From Paraclostridium sp. (GTDB lineage Bacteria > Bacillota > Clostridia > Peptostreptococcales > Peptostreptococcaceae), in NCBI RefSeq assembly GCF_051657365.1, contig NZ_JBOFKN010000029.1:1-42715 (forward strand): a stretch of DNA of 42,715 bases. Direction: 5' to 3'. Below the pieces are notes generated by a model, which saw nothing but the letters and a program-made list of their open reading frames with translations, was not told the origin of the DNA and ran no database searches. The number at the start of each line of letters is the position of its first letter. Position 1 is the stretch's first letter. The position numbers and the translations under genes were made by a program. Positions 1-11,400 of this stretch are shown piece by piece.

Positions 1-1
1 A

Positions 2-3000
2 CTAATAGATAAATCAATAAATTTAGTATTTAGAAAAACTAGAGAGATAATAACTAGCGAAGAATTTAAGCATAAAGCTATAACTTTTTATGGTATGAAT
101 TTATTTAATGGAGATATATTGGCCGATCATTATTCTACTATATCAAAAAGCGTTGAAGGTAGCATAAGTAAAATACTTGAAAGATATGACAAAGTATATG
201 ATAAAAATTCTGAAACTGTAGATTCTAATTATTCAAGAATAATAACATCTATTTTTAAATTATGTGTGATGGGAAATTCAAACATAAATAATACTAATAA
301 AAATAACTTCGGAACAGATGGATTGCACTCTACAATAAATGCTTCATTTACAAATGAATTTAATATAGAGCTTCAAAGCTTTTTAATATCATATTGTATA
401 TCAAGTTTATATATACCAAATTTAGCTTTTGAGAAAGCTGATTTAGGATTGGTATTACGAGAGAGTGCTCATTCGTTAATAGGACCTATATCAATTTCAG
501 CAATAGCATTGCAAGAGGAGTTGAATAGATTATTATTACAGAAAGTTATAACTAGCGAAAATGAAATTAGTATAGATAAAGAAAAAATAATGAAAATAGA
601 AGATATAAAAAGAAATATAAATGAACTTTTTGGAGAGGGATATTTTGATAAATTATTAAATTTTTCATCTGCTTTTAAAAGAGTTAATGGTCAAAATAAA
701 GATTTTCAAAGCATATATGGAATAAAAATATTTTCTGATTATGAAACTCCATTAGATTTCTTTGATAATATAATTAAAAGTACAACTGTATCTAAAAAAA
801 CTTCCGAGAGTATTAATAGAATACTTGAAAAAACTAATATTAAACAAGATGATTATGGGAAATATGGTAAAGATATTTTAGAAGATAAAAGTGTAAAAGA
901 AATTATAGATAATTTAGATGAAAATCAAAAGAGCATATATAACGAAACTATAAATGCAAAGATACCAGGAAACTCTAATCCAGCATATTTTATGAGTAAA
1001 ATGTTAATAGGGCAAACAAAAATGTATAGATCGTTTAAAGAAATAACAAGAATAATATCTTCCGATTACAGAAATATGATGCCAGACTTTGAAGTCTTGT
1101 TAATAGATGAAAGCAAAGTTGAACAAGCTTTATACGAATCATCTTATAGAAATATTTCTGATTATTTTGATATTTCAAATATCTATCATATATCAATCAA
1201 AAAAGATGATACTACAAATATTAAGAATGCTATTATAAAAATAGCGAACACAAGACCTTACTATGTTGATGCTAATTCGTATTTTAAAGAAATTGGTTTT
1301 ATGAATGATGATATAAGTGATACTGTGCTTTATAACAAGAAATTTGTAACAAATAGACCTGAAATTAGAGAAGGAATGGTTATAAATATATCTTTAGACA
1401 AAAATAATGATTATTATGATTTTACAGGAAGAATAAATTCTGTAGACATAAATTCAGGAGAAGTAACTATTTCATGTGTTAGTTTTGCATCAGAATTATT
1501 TAATAATATTACTGACGTTAATAATTATAAAAAATCTGGAAAACTTGGAAAAATAAGTTTTAATAGTTTTGTTAGTGAGGTGTCTAGTAAATTTGATAAT
1601 GCTAAAGAAATAGCAGCTTCAAAGACTTATAGAGATCCGAATTCTAACTTAATTCCTAAGGATGAAATAGCTGTTAATCTAAATGACAAAAGAGAGTTTA
1701 ATGTCGCTGGAACAAATGCCATTTTATATACAGCATTAGGAGATGTATTGTCGAGTGTTAATCATTTAAATTGTTCTTACAATCAACTTATATTCAATGA
1801 AAAAACATTATCTAAAACAGAAAAATATTTAAGAAATTTTAATTTTAGAGATGTGATAAAAAACTTTATTTCAGGTAAAGAAATAGCAAAAAACACACCA
1901 AATAGAATAGCTGAAAATATAACAAATACAGATAGAGATATTTGTTTTTATGGTATATCAGTAAAAGATGTGGATTTCTATGAAAATTCAAATCCATATG
2001 GAACTATAAGTACTAATAAAAAAACTGTATTTAATACATCTTCATTTATAATAGGTGATGAGATGGAAAATATTGGTAGCGATATATTTGCTTACCAACG
2101 AAAAAATGCGAGTTTATATGATATTTTAAATGATATAACACTAAGATCTCCTGGAACATTTTGGGAAGTTTATGAGAGTGGTAATTTTGCTACATTATTT
2201 TTTGGCAGAAATAATTATCAGTTGAAAAGGAAAAATAAAACATCATCATTAAATATCGAAGAAATTAACTCTATTTTTAAATATTTATTAGATACTATTG
2301 AAATTAATGGAGAACATGGACCAGAAAGTTATTATGTTTTCTACAACACTTTAAGAAGTGCAGCTAAAATATATGATAATACAATAGATTCTGAAGATGA
2401 ATATATACAGAAATTAGAAAAATTTACAGAAAATATATCAATACTAGAGTATGATGATATATCAAACAAAGTTTATGCTATTGCTGGATTTAATTTAATT
2501 AGTTGTAATATTCAAGTAAATAAGACTTGTCCTAATGTTATTAAATTTGAATATGATTCTACTTTATCTAGAAAAATAAAAGAATGGTTCAAGTTTACAG
2601 ATGGAAAAAGTATAGAACTTAAATTATTTGAGAATATTCCTGAAAGTGAAAAAAGAGTAAAGTATGTAGATTATAAGCAAATACCTTGTGTTCATACTCC
2701 TAAACAAGCCTATGAGGTAGCGCAATCAATAATGCATAACGAATTAAGGAATTATTATAGTGGAAAAATAGTTATGCTATATAATTCTAATATTAGAAAA
2801 AATACAGAAGTAACTATAATGGATACTAGAAATAAAATATTTGGAACGGTAGTAGTAAAAGACTATCAACACATTTTAGATTCTGAGATGGGATTAGTAA
2901 CAATAATAACTCCTGGAATGAAGACTAGAAGCACCTCATTAATGAGTGATATTTATTTGTGCGGTATTTGGCAAAAAATAAATTATGCATTACTTAGAGA

Positions 3001-4510
3001 TGAATTTATAAGTAACGTTAAGTATAAAGAGGAATTAGTTGGTAACATTACTGCTAAATCTTTAAAGGATAATTTTTTAGAGGCTATGAAACATTTAGAA
3101 GATATACCAATTATCATGAACAATGTTGGATATGATTTTGATGTTAATAGCTCTAATGAAAATGATAACTCTTATGAAGCTGAAGTAAGAGGGACTAGAA
3201 ATGCTAGTGAGTTGCCTTTTAAAATATATCCATTGATTAAAAATGGAATACCCATAATGCCAGATTCGACTATTTTTGGAAGTGCATCAACTCCATTTTA
3301 CTGGATAACAAATATAATGTTATCTTTTAGATATAAGTTTGTAGATTCTATTCTAAAAGAAGAAGCTAGAAATTTTATATTAGAAAATGTAAAGGATGCT
3401 TTTTCAGATAAGTTTAATTTATCAGATTATAAAGGAATTGAAAGGATTATAAAATTATTTAGTGCATTTGATAATCCAAATTTTATGAACGAAATAATGA
3501 GAGAAGATTATGAAGAACTACTATCAAAAGGAATTGAAGATAATACCTTGATTAAGTATGATGGTGATTTAGCAGCAAAACTTTGCTATGGTTTTCTTAA
3601 CTGTGCAAAGTTAAATAAGCTTGAAACTGAAAGAATAAAAAGAATAGCTAAAATAATGTTTCACTTCGAAATTGTTAATTTAGTTGAGTTAGATGGCAGA
3701 GATATTTTAGACCCTAAATCTAAATCTGATTTTAGTTTTGATATTGTTAATGATTTAAAAGAACAATTGGAATATTTTTCCAAGTTATATAATAAGCCTA
3801 TAAAGGAATGGACTATAATTTGTAAAGATAGATTGATAGATGGTGAACCTTATAAAATTGATGAAAATAACTGGTATGATGATATAGGAGCTGTTATAGT
3901 AAATCTTCCTGAAAAATTAGCTTTGAAAGCATTTACAAATAAAGGAACAATTAAATATAGTGCTTCTGTAGGTGTTGAAGGTAAAGAAAAAACTTCTGTT
4001 AGAAGAGGTTTGAGATACACACATAATTTAATAGATTCAAAAGGTAATTATAACTATGGAAAATCTAGTTCTGATATATGTGTTATTCATAATTATTATG
4101 GAGGAACTATTGATAGTTACGAACTTAGAAAGAGAATGTTAGATGATTTAATAAATAAATTTTTTGATAATACTAATAGAGAAAAAATTATATTTGGAGA
4201 TTTCAACTTACATTTAAGAACAGGACTTAATATATATACTGAAGCTAATAACAAAAATGAAAACTATGATATACCAAACTATACTCCACTTATTTATAAA
4301 GGATATACAACTGCTGGTAAAAAATTATATGACAATATTGTTGTTGATAATCTATCAATTGGAGGATTGAGTACAGTATTTAGATATTTTAACTCATCAT
4401 CTGAAGAGTATTTTAAGACTGGAAGTGAATTGTTTGTATCGGATCACTTTCCAATATTCTTAGTTATTAATGATAACTATAAAAAAGATGTATTTAAAGG
4501 AGTAATATAA
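2..4510 (+). CDS. Giant virion-type structural protein, 5' partial. The reading frame is open from position 2 and the first in-window ATG is at 95. C-terminal endonuclease/exonuclease/phosphatase (EEP, DNase I/sphingomyelinase-like) domain at about nt 3780-4507.
   Basis: Long uninterrupted ORF with no in-frame stop back to nt 2. C-terminal motifs IIFGDFN and SDHFPI match the EEP superfamily signatures GDxN and SDHxP. Coding strand and composition match the downstream genes, and the ORF abuts gene 2 (4510/4511). Confidence 0.85.
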   Translation, partial: LIDKSINLVFRKTREIITSEEFKHKAITFYGMNLFNGDILADHYSTISKSVEGSISKILERYDKVYDKNSETVDSNYSRIITSIFKLCVMGNSNINNTNKNNFGTDGLHSTINASFTNEFNIELQSFLISYCISSLYIPNLAFEKADLGLVLRESAHSLIGPISISAIALQEELNRLLLQKVITSENEISIDKEKIMKIEDIKRNINELFGEGYFDKLLNFSSAFKRVNGQNKDFQSIYGIKIFSDYETPLDFFDNIIKSTTVSKKTSESINRILEKTNIKQDDYGKYGKDILEDKSVKEIIDNLDENQKSIYNETINAKIPGNSNPAYFMSKMLIGQTKMYRSFKEITRIISSDYRNMMPDFEVLLIDESKVEQALYESSYRNISDYFDISNIYHISIKKDDTTNIKNAIIKIANTRPYYVDANSYFKEIGFMNDDISDTVLYNKKFVTNRPEIREGMVINISLDKNNDYYDFTGRINSVDINSGEVTISCVSFASELFNNITDVNNYKKSGKLGKISFNSFVSEVSSKFDNAKEIAASKTYRDPNSNLIPKDEIAVNLNDKREFNVAGTNAILYTALGDVLSSVNHLNCSYNQLIFNEKTLSKTEKYLRNFNFRDVIKNFISGKEIAKNTPNRIAENITNTDRDICFYGISVKDVDFYENSNPYGTISTNKKTVFNTSSFIIGDEMENIGSDIFAYQRKNASLYDILNDITLRSPGTFWEVYESGNFATLFFGRNNYQLKRKNKTSSLNIEEINSIFKYLLDTIEINGEHGPESYYVFYNTLRSAAKIYDNTIDSEDEYIQKLEKFTENISILEYDDISNKVYAIAGFNLISCNIQVNKTCPNVIKFEYDSTLSRKIKEWFKFTDGKSIELKLFENIPESEKRVKYVDYKQIPCVHTPKQAYEVAQSIMHNELRNYYSGKIVMLYNSNIRKNTEVTIMDTRNKIFGTVVVKDYQHILDSEMGLVTIITPGMKTRSTSLMSDIYLCGIWQKINYALLRDEFISNVKYKEELVGNITAKSLKDNFLEAMKHLEDIPIIMNNVGYDFDVNSSNENDNSYEAEVRGTRNASELPFKIYPLIKNGIPIMPDSTIFGSASTPFYWITNIMLSFRYKFVDSILKEEARNFILENVKDAFSDKFNLSDYKGIERIIKLFSAFDNPNFMNEIMREDYEELLSKGIEDNTLIKYDGDLAAKLCYGFLNCAKLNKLETERIKRIAKIMFHFEIVNLVELDGRDILDPKSKSDFSFDIVNDLKEQLEYFSKLYNKPIKEWTIICKDRLIDGEPYKIDENNWYDDIGAVIVNLPEKLALKAFTNKGTIKYSASVGVEGKEKTSVRRGLRYTHNLIDSKGNYNYGKSSSDICVIHNYYGGTIDSYELRKRMLDDLINKFFDNTNREKIIFGDFNLHLRTGLNIYTEANNKNENYDIPNYTPLIYKGYTTAGKKLYDNIVVDNLSIGGLSTVFRYFNSSSEEYFKTGSELFVSDHFPIFLVINDNYKKDVFKGVI

Positions 4511-5068
4511 ATGAGAGAAAGTAAAATGATAAAAAATATAAGTTTTGATAATTTTTTATATGGTGGCTTAATATATCATCATAAAGATGTTGTTGATATA
4601 GATGAAAGAAATAGAATTTTAGAAGAAACGATATCAGCTTCAGAAGGAAATGCTACAGATAACAATGTCTCCATAGATAATCTATACATGTTAAAAGAAC
4701 AATTGGAGTTTATAAAAAATTCTCAATCATTAACGGCAACAGCAATGCAGAAGACATTAGATATAATAAATACAGATAATAAAAGCAAGCATCCTTTGGA
4801 TAAGGTATATAATAGTGAATCTAAAGAAGAAAACGTTTTTGTAGGTGATAACATACAAATAATATCAGGAGATATAATAATATTTTTAAATCATAACGGT
4901 ATGCTAGGAGACATTTATAATCATAAAATTCCTAATCAAAAATTGTGTATATCATATGAGTATGATGTGAATTTGGATATTTATGTCGGTAGGGTTTTTG
5001 ACCAAAAGTTATTAGAAGATTTTAAGGAATACTCTAATAAACTAAAAGAGGTGTATAATAATGCCTAA
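4511..5068 (+). CDS. Hypothetical protein (185 aa)
   Basis: ATG at 4511 preceded by AAGGAG at about 4497-4502, directly after the stop of the giant gene. Overlaps the next gene by 8 nt (coupled). Confidence 0.8.
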   Translation: MRESKMIKNISFDNFLYGGLIYHHKDVVDIDERNRILEETISASEGNATDNNVSIDNLYMLKEQLEFIKNSQSLTATAMQKTLDIINTDNKSKHPLDKVYNSESKEENVFVGDNIQIISGDIIIFLNHNGMLGDIYNHKIPNQKLCISYEYDVNLDIYVGRVFDQKLLEDFKEYSNKLKEVYNNA

Positions 5069-5408
5069 TTTTTTAAAAAATGATTATGAAATAAATAAAC
5101 CAAAAAGAATAAATGCCGATGAAGTTATTAGTAAAAAAGTTTCAGATACAAATTTTTTTAGTAATTTTGGAACTCCTTTTACTACGAGTACAAGTTCTGC
5201 ATCTGGAATAACAGAAAGTGTAATCACTCCTGGGATAAGATTTTTAAACTTTGCTTGTTCGATAATGAAACTGTATAAAAACTTACAATATAATTACAAT
5301 GCAATAGAGCAAAAATTAAAGAAAGTAGAAAGTATACTAAATTCGTACAATAAAGGGGAGTTCAAACATATAAGAAAAAATATAGTGAAAAAAAGTTCTA
5401 AATTCTGA
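5061..5408 (+). CDS. Hypothetical protein (115 aa)
   Basis: ATG with AGAGGTG RBS upstream. Overlaps the upstream stop. Followed by an intergenic region with a terminator. Confidence 0.7.
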   Translation: MPNFLKNDYEINKPKRINADEVISKKVSDTNFFSNFGTPFTTSTSSASGITESVITPGIRFLNFACSIMKLYKNLQYNYNAIEQKLKKVESILNSYNKGEFKHIRKNIVKKSSKF

Positions 5409-5475
5409 ATTTGTGATAAGTATATTAAGTTAGATAAATACTTTGAAATATTAACATTTCAACTAAAAAACATTG

Positions 5476-5504
5476 TTGACTTATAAAAATAAATATGTTA
5501 TTAT
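5476..5504 (+). promoter_or_regulatory. Sigma70-like promoter candidate TTGACT-N17-TATTAT
   Basis: TTGACT at 5476-5481 and TATTAT at 5499-5504 with 17-nt spacing in the intergenic region. The genome is AT-rich, so chance matches are common. Confidence 0.25.
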
Positions 5505-5564
5505 TTCAACATACGGATGTAAAAAAAGTTGAATACTGCTGTAGAAGGGGTTTTATGGCAAACA

Positions 5565-5603
5565 AAAAAAGACGAGTTTTAAAAGCTCGTCTTTTTTTAT
5601 TTT
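5565..5603 (+). terminator. Rho-independent terminator (AAAAAGACGAG...CTCGTCTTTTTTT)
   Basis: Inverted repeat AGACGAG/CTCGTCT with A/T extensions, followed by a T-run, downstream of the 115-aa gene. Confidence 0.6.
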
Positions 5604-5656
5604 TTGTATTTTTAATTTAAAATTAAAATATCACAAAAATACAAGAGAGGTACTAA

Positions 5657-6826
5657 ATGATAATTAATTATTCAGAAGAAAAATATATGGAATTATTAGT
5701 AGAGCATTTGAATTTATTGGGATATGATACATCTAATAAATCTAACATAATTGATGTTATAAAATGTTTAGCTAAAGTGGATAAAAAAAATATTGATAAA
5801 AAAAATAAAATATTAAACTCATTGAATTTCGAAAATAGAACAGGAGAAGAACTTGATGAAATTTTAAATTTTTTTGGTTTAAAAAGATTTAAAAATTATA
5901 GCGATATAAATAAAAGTTGTTTAATCTATAACTATGGAAAAATAGATATTTTATTAAAAGAAAATACAGTTATAAAGTATAAAAATGGAAAATTTTTGAA
6001 TTCTATTGAACAAAAAATAAAAAGTGGATCAGAAAATACAATCCACTTTCAAGTTTCAAATTCAACTCTTTCTGACAATTATGATTTTTTAATTTTAGGA
6101 GATTTTAAAATAGCTTTAAATGGTATAGAAGTTCACGAGGTAAATGATTTAGAGAATAAAATAAAATACCTTGAGGAAAATTTAGGTTTTTTAAAGTTTA
6201 ATGATACAGAAACTAAGGAATCAGATATAGAATTTTTTAATAGAGCTAGTTCTGTATTACAAACTTATGGAGATAGTAATATAAGAAAAATTAAAAATTA
6301 TATAAAAGGAATAGAAGGAGTTTCAGATGTTGTAGTAAACGAAGAATACGATAATATAAAAGTAGTCATAATTCCAGTTAATTTAGTGTCTTTAGATAAG
6401 ATTTTAGATCAATCAAAAGAAGCTGTAGAGTACTTTGCTACTTCACATATAGAGATTATTAAACCTTCTGTAATGGAAATAGAAATTGATGGGATATATA
6501 GTCAATTATTAGAATGGTTTTCAAATGATAAGGAAATTGATTTAAAGAAGATTATATCAGAATTAGAAATACAATTAACGTATTATCTAAAAGAATTATA
6601 TTTTTCAAATAATAAAAAAATAAGTAGGGATGTAATAGAGTTTATAATTAATAAATATTTTACAGATAATAAAATACAGTTTTCTTTAAATGAAAGAAAA
6701 TTAAATGTTAATTTTTTTGTATTTTCATCAAATGATTATGAGCATCCTATAGTTGTTGGAGAACTATTACCTAGAAATTCAAAAGAATTATTAGCTGATA
6801 TTTGTATAATGCGTGGTGTTAAATAA
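5657..6826 (+). CDS. Hypothetical virion structural protein (389 aa). Position and size are compatible with a baseplate component, but this is not verifiable from sequence alone.
   Basis: ATG at 5657 with AGAGAGG RBS. First gene of a long coupled series. Its stop overlaps the next start (TAATG at 6826). Confidence 0.8.
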   Translation: MIINYSEEKYMELLVEHLNLLGYDTSNKSNIIDVIKCLAKVDKKNIDKKNKILNSLNFENRTGEELDEILNFFGLKRFKNYSDINKSCLIYNYGKIDILLKENTVIKYKNGKFLNSIEQKIKSGSENTIHFQVSNSTLSDNYDFLILGDFKIALNGIEVHEVNDLENKIKYLEENLGFLKFNDTETKESDIEFFNRASSVLQTYGDSNIRKIKNYIKGIEGVSDVVVNEEYDNIKVVIIPVNLVSLDKILDQSKEAVEYFATSHIEIIKPSVMEIEIDGIYSQLLEWFSNDKEIDLKKIISELEIQLTYYLKELYFSNNKKISRDVIEFIINKYFTDNKIQFSLNERKLNVNFFVFSSNDYEHPIVVGELLPRNSKELLADICIMRGVK

Positions 6827-8454
6827 TGTCTACTATAACTGCTAATAAAGGATTATATAAAATAAATAAAAATTTTAATTCTGAAATAAAAAAAATATTT
6901 GGAGAATATTTTAAAAGTAGATTGTACGAAAAGCTTGAATTAAAAAGGATAAAAGAAAATGTATTTTTTAAAGAAATTAATACAGATTTGTTATATGTTT
7001 CTGATGAAACTATTATTGATAGCTTAATAAAAGCTGGATATGATGAGACTGATTATCAAAACTATACATCTACAGTGCATAATTCTATTGAATTTATAAA
7101 AGATTTAGAGGAATCAAAATTTGTAAGTTATGACAATAGTATTGTTTTAAATGGAAGAAAAGTTATTGTAAATAAAAATAAAAATAAGATTTCATTGATT
7201 TATGAAGATAGATACGAATTATTATTGTTTGGAGAATATGAGGCTAAGGTTATAAATAATTTTGTAATAAATTCAGAAGGATTTATTTATATGGTAATAA
7301 CTGATAATAATTCTGATAAATATTTTATAAGATCACATTTAAGTTTAGAGTTTTTTAGGTATAACTCTTCTCATAACTGTATGACTAAATTGGAAGAAAT
7401 AGAGTGTTTATTTAAAGAGAAAATAAATGAAAATATTAAAGAGATAATTTTTGATGATGATAATGGAGTAAACTTTATTTCTGATAATTTAAGTATAAAA
7501 AGGATTGAATTTGGAAGAAAATATTTTTTTAGAAAAGATGAAAATGTATTCTTTAATAAAAATAATTTTGTTCCAAATGTAGAACTACAAATAATCCAAG
7601 TTGAACACTTGCATTTGTATGACTGGATATCTTTCCTTGGATTAAATAACTTTGTTAATGATAAAGGGTTAAAGTTAAATAGTGAATTTATTGAAAAATT
7701 TAAAAATATAATAAGATTCAAATTTGACGATACGTTAAATGGTGCATTAAACTATTATGATTTTTATGATGAAAAAGATTATAAGGTAGATTTCTTTCAA
7801 GATGGCATAGAGGTTGTTGGTAACTTCAAATATGGATACTTTGAAAAGGGAGATTACACGCTAAATATAAAGGTAATAAATAAAAAATATAATGGAGAGT
7901 TTGAAGTTATATTAGACCTTATAAGAGATAATAAAAATCTAAAGAGGTTGGTATGTACAACAGTAGATAGAGTTATTTATTTTTCTAATTTAAAATTTAA
8001 TTTTGTTTCATTTGATTATTTAGATAATATTGTAACTTTGAAAATAAATATTAAAGATGATTATTCTGTAAAAAGCACTAGGAGCTATGTTGGAATTAAT
8101 TCTGAAATTAAAATAACTGATTTTGATAGGCTTATAAAATTAGATCAAGTTTTAAGGAACGAGAATATAAACAAAAAACAGCTAATAGATGTTGAGTTCA
8201 TAGATAATTTTCTAATAATAAAAAATTATGCTAAAAATAGTTCTGAGAGAATGTTTGAGTCAGATTTTAAAATTAGATTAATTGAAGATGATGGAACTCC
8301 TACTGTTCTTTGGAAACAGATAAAAGATAAGGATTATTTTATAAACTTTAATAACTATTGTGTTAAGAAAGTAATAAAACCAACTAGAAAAATAAAGCCT
8401 TTATTAAAAAGTAGTTCAATTAATTTTAAATTGGATTTAAAAAAAGGAGAGTAA
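6826..8454 (+). CDS. Hypothetical virion structural protein (542 aa)
   Basis: ATG overlapping the upstream stop by 1 nt. Ends 3 nt before the GTG start of the 2,800-aa gene. Confidence 0.8.
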   Translation: MSTITANKGLYKINKNFNSEIKKIFGEYFKSRLYEKLELKRIKENVFFKEINTDLLYVSDETIIDSLIKAGYDETDYQNYTSTVHNSIEFIKDLEESKFVSYDNSIVLNGRKVIVNKNKNKISLIYEDRYELLLFGEYEAKVINNFVINSEGFIYMVITDNNSDKYFIRSHLSLEFFRYNSSHNCMTKLEEIECLFKEKINENIKEIIFDDDNGVNFISDNLSIKRIEFGRKYFFRKDENVFFNKNNFVPNVELQIIQVEHLHLYDWISFLGLNNFVNDKGLKLNSEFIEKFKNIIRFKFDDTLNGALNYYDFYDEKDYKVDFFQDGIEVVGNFKYGYFEKGDYTLNIKVINKKYNGEFEVILDLIRDNKNLKRLVCTTVDRVIYFSNLKFNFVSFDYLDNIVTLKINIKDDYSVKSTRSYVGINSEIKITDFDRLIKLDQVLRNENINKKQLIDVEFIDNFLIIKNYAKNSSERMFESDFKIRLIEDDGTPTVLWKQIKDKDYFINFNNYCVKKVIKPTRKIKPLLKSSSINFKLDLKKGE

Positions 8455-8457
8455 AAA

Positions 8458-11400
8458 GTGAAACAAGATGAAAAAAACGTTTTAGACAGCTGTGCTATAG
8501 TTGGGTATGATAGTGGAAATATTCTATTTAAACAAGAAAATGGAATTTACTTTAGAGAGCCTATTCGTACAACTATAAGCAATGGTAGGAAAGTAAACAA
8601 TATACTTAAATGGATTTTAAACAACAAAGAAACTAATTATAGTTTGGTTGCTGATGTAAGCAATTATTTAGAGGATTTTGATTCCACATATGAAAATAGG
8701 ACGTTTTTTACAAGAGAGCATTTTTCTTTAACAGGAGGAGATGATTCGATAAGTGTAAATGGTAATTATATGGGTGGAACATCAGGAGTTAAGTATAATG
8801 TAAAGACTATAAACTGGTTTAAGTTGGAAATAAAAGACGTTGTTGGTTCAAGTGGAGACGTAACTATAATTGTCGAGTGTTGTGTTGATAATGTAAATTG
8901 GATTGAATTTGGTTCTGTAAGATTTAATGCTATGCAAGGTATAGATTTAGGAGGAAGTGGAGCGGATAAGACTCATACTTTTAACAATACTATTGAGTGT
9001 CCTAACAGGAACTTTAAGTATAGATTTAGATTTACTGGTAATGGTCATATAAGTTGTAAAGAAGGTGATCCTTGGTGGTTTAGTTCTGGAGGTGTATTTG
9101 TATTAGATGAAAAGTACATTCCGAATGAAGATATAGAATATAATGTTGGAGTAAAATCTATAACAGATTCACATATAGAGTTCACAAGAACGCTAGCTCA
9201 TAAAAATGGATTTTACGGAGAAACTAGCATTTCTAAAAGAAATCAAAAACAACATATAAAACTTTATTTAGTTTATTCTGGTAATACTAAATATGTTTTA
9301 CTTGATGAAGTTTATACAGATACATTTGTGGATAACTTGTATTTTGGACAAATAGAGGAAAGTAAGTTTTTATTAACAAAAAAGAGTGATTTAGAGATAC
9401 CGAAGTTTTCTTTAAACTCCAAAATAAAGCAATTGCTTTATACAAAGAATGATATTTATATAAATAAAAATATATTATCTAGGGGTACAAAATTATCTGA
9501 TTTTGGATTTAAAATATCTAGCAATTCATCTTTATTTGATAGTTCTTGTAATAAATTAACTGAAGATATAAACAATTCTAAATTGAAGCTTAATGTTAAG
9601 AAAGATATTAGATTTGATAATTTTATTAGTGGCATAGAAAATGAAATTGATGTAGATTTTTTAGATAATAACAATAATCTCATATTTGCATCTAAAGTAT
9701 TTTTGGACTCAACAAATAAAATTAGTGATGGAATTATAGTAGATAAAATAAAGAAAAGTAAAACTAGATATAAGGGTAGTTTAATTATATATGATTCGTA
9801 TAATGAAGAATTATTAAACTTAGTCGATTCTTTATCATCTTGTTCTAAGACTCCTCAAACAGTTTTTCTATTCTGTACTAGCAGCAATAATTCTAATGAG
9901 TTAGATTGTGTTATAGATAAAAATACAATAGGCTTCTCAGCGTTTAAAGACAATGTTATTGATAAAGTAAAAAAACAAAATGGATTTTTATTTCAAAATA
10001 TTAATTTAGCTATTGATAAAGTTGGTGAAATTGTATCTAGAAAATTATCTGAAGACACTATGAATACAGTAAATAACTTAGTAGGATTCAATGTATATAA
10101 CTTTACAAATTTGAGTACAAGTGATTATATGAATGACTATGGATATTATACAAATGAATTTAAAAATGGGTTTAATGTTAATAATCCTCAAATAACATTT
10201 ATAGGTCAATCTACTAATAATTCATTAGATGGAATAACTCAATTTGATATTTCAAAACCTTTTGAATTTGAAGCTAACTTAAATAAAATAGAAACTAATT
10301 TAACTTCTGATATGTTAAACGAAAAGAGGTTATTTCCAGGAGTCGATAAGCCGTACTATAGCGTTTCCATAGTACATAATGAGAATGTTTTATATTCTTA
10401 TATAGTCGGTAGAGATAATGTAGAGATGATTGATAACGATAACAAAAATAAAAAATATTCTATCTTTGTTGAAAACAAAAAGGTTAAGGTTAAATATAAT
10501 GAAAATTTAACTGAAAAAGATAGAGGAAAGAATAATGTGTTTATAGTTATTAAGAAAAATGATTGTATTATAAATTCTTATAAAGCTGAATTTTTAGTTG
10601 ATTATGCAGAGCCTATTGTAGATAGATTTGAACTTAATGTTTCAGATATAGTAGAAGAAACTAATTATCAAGGTAAAAATGAATTGGTTTATTCTAAAGA
10701 TAATTTCTTTAAAGTTAGCATGAACCTAAGTGCTAATTATGAATTTAGAAAAGGAGAATATCAATTAGAACTTAGATATTCAAAAAATAAAAATTATAAA
10801 ATAATAAGGCCACTTGAGGGATATTATCAATCTAAAATATATAATATTCATTTGGACGAGTTATCAAACGAATCAGCTCCAGATGAGAAAATAAAATTTG
10901 GTGATTGGGAATGTATGCTTGTTAGAAATAGATATAGTTATTCTATAAAAAATTCAACTCATAATATTCCTTTGGAAATAGATAATGCTTTAAGTATAAA
11001 TGCAGTTCCTATGGAACCAGACTTTGATGATTTTCAAAACAATGGTTTACAACAAGGTAAAGATGTATATATAACGTTGAAATTAATAAATTCTGATTAT
11101 TATAAAAAAATAAAAGATATTATAACTTTTGTTAAAGAAGTTAGATTTTTATCAAATAATGTTGATTTTACATCTAAACAAGGATATTTCACTTATTTAG
11201 ATGAAAATAAGCTAGGTTCTGATAATTCTTTATCATTTATAACAGCACACCAAAATTCGTTAACTCTAGATAATAGGAACGAAATGAGATGGTTTATAAG
11301 TGGTACTTCTGAAAATGAATCAAATAGATTTCTTAATAGCATAGCTAACTTAGATTCTGGATCTAAGAAACCTAAAAATATAAAAATAAATTTAGTTTTA

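Noticed and set aside
95-4510. Calling the first giant protein a tape-measure protein
   Set aside because: It lacks the Ala/Gly-rich heptads and hydrophobic segments typical of tape-measure proteins. Only its position (a large gene ahead of the baseplate block) would suggest that role, so it is left as an unassigned structural protein with an EEP domain.
7371-7721. 116-aa minus-strand ORF antisense to the 542-aa gene. Similar antisense/alternate-frame ORFs: 9456-9683, 17410-17601, 17902-18087, 18431-18613, 19833-20015, 20130-20369, 20873-21181, 23076-23309, 23589-23810, 26032-26229, 26782-27018, 27954-28271, 28612-28920, 28904-29086, 30209-30406, 30569-30979, 33241-33426, 33600-33806.
   Set aside because: All lie entirely inside long, well-supported + strand genes. 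They lack RBSs and have low-complexity Leu/Phe/Ser/Ile-rich translations, as expected from reverse frames of AT-rich coding DNA.
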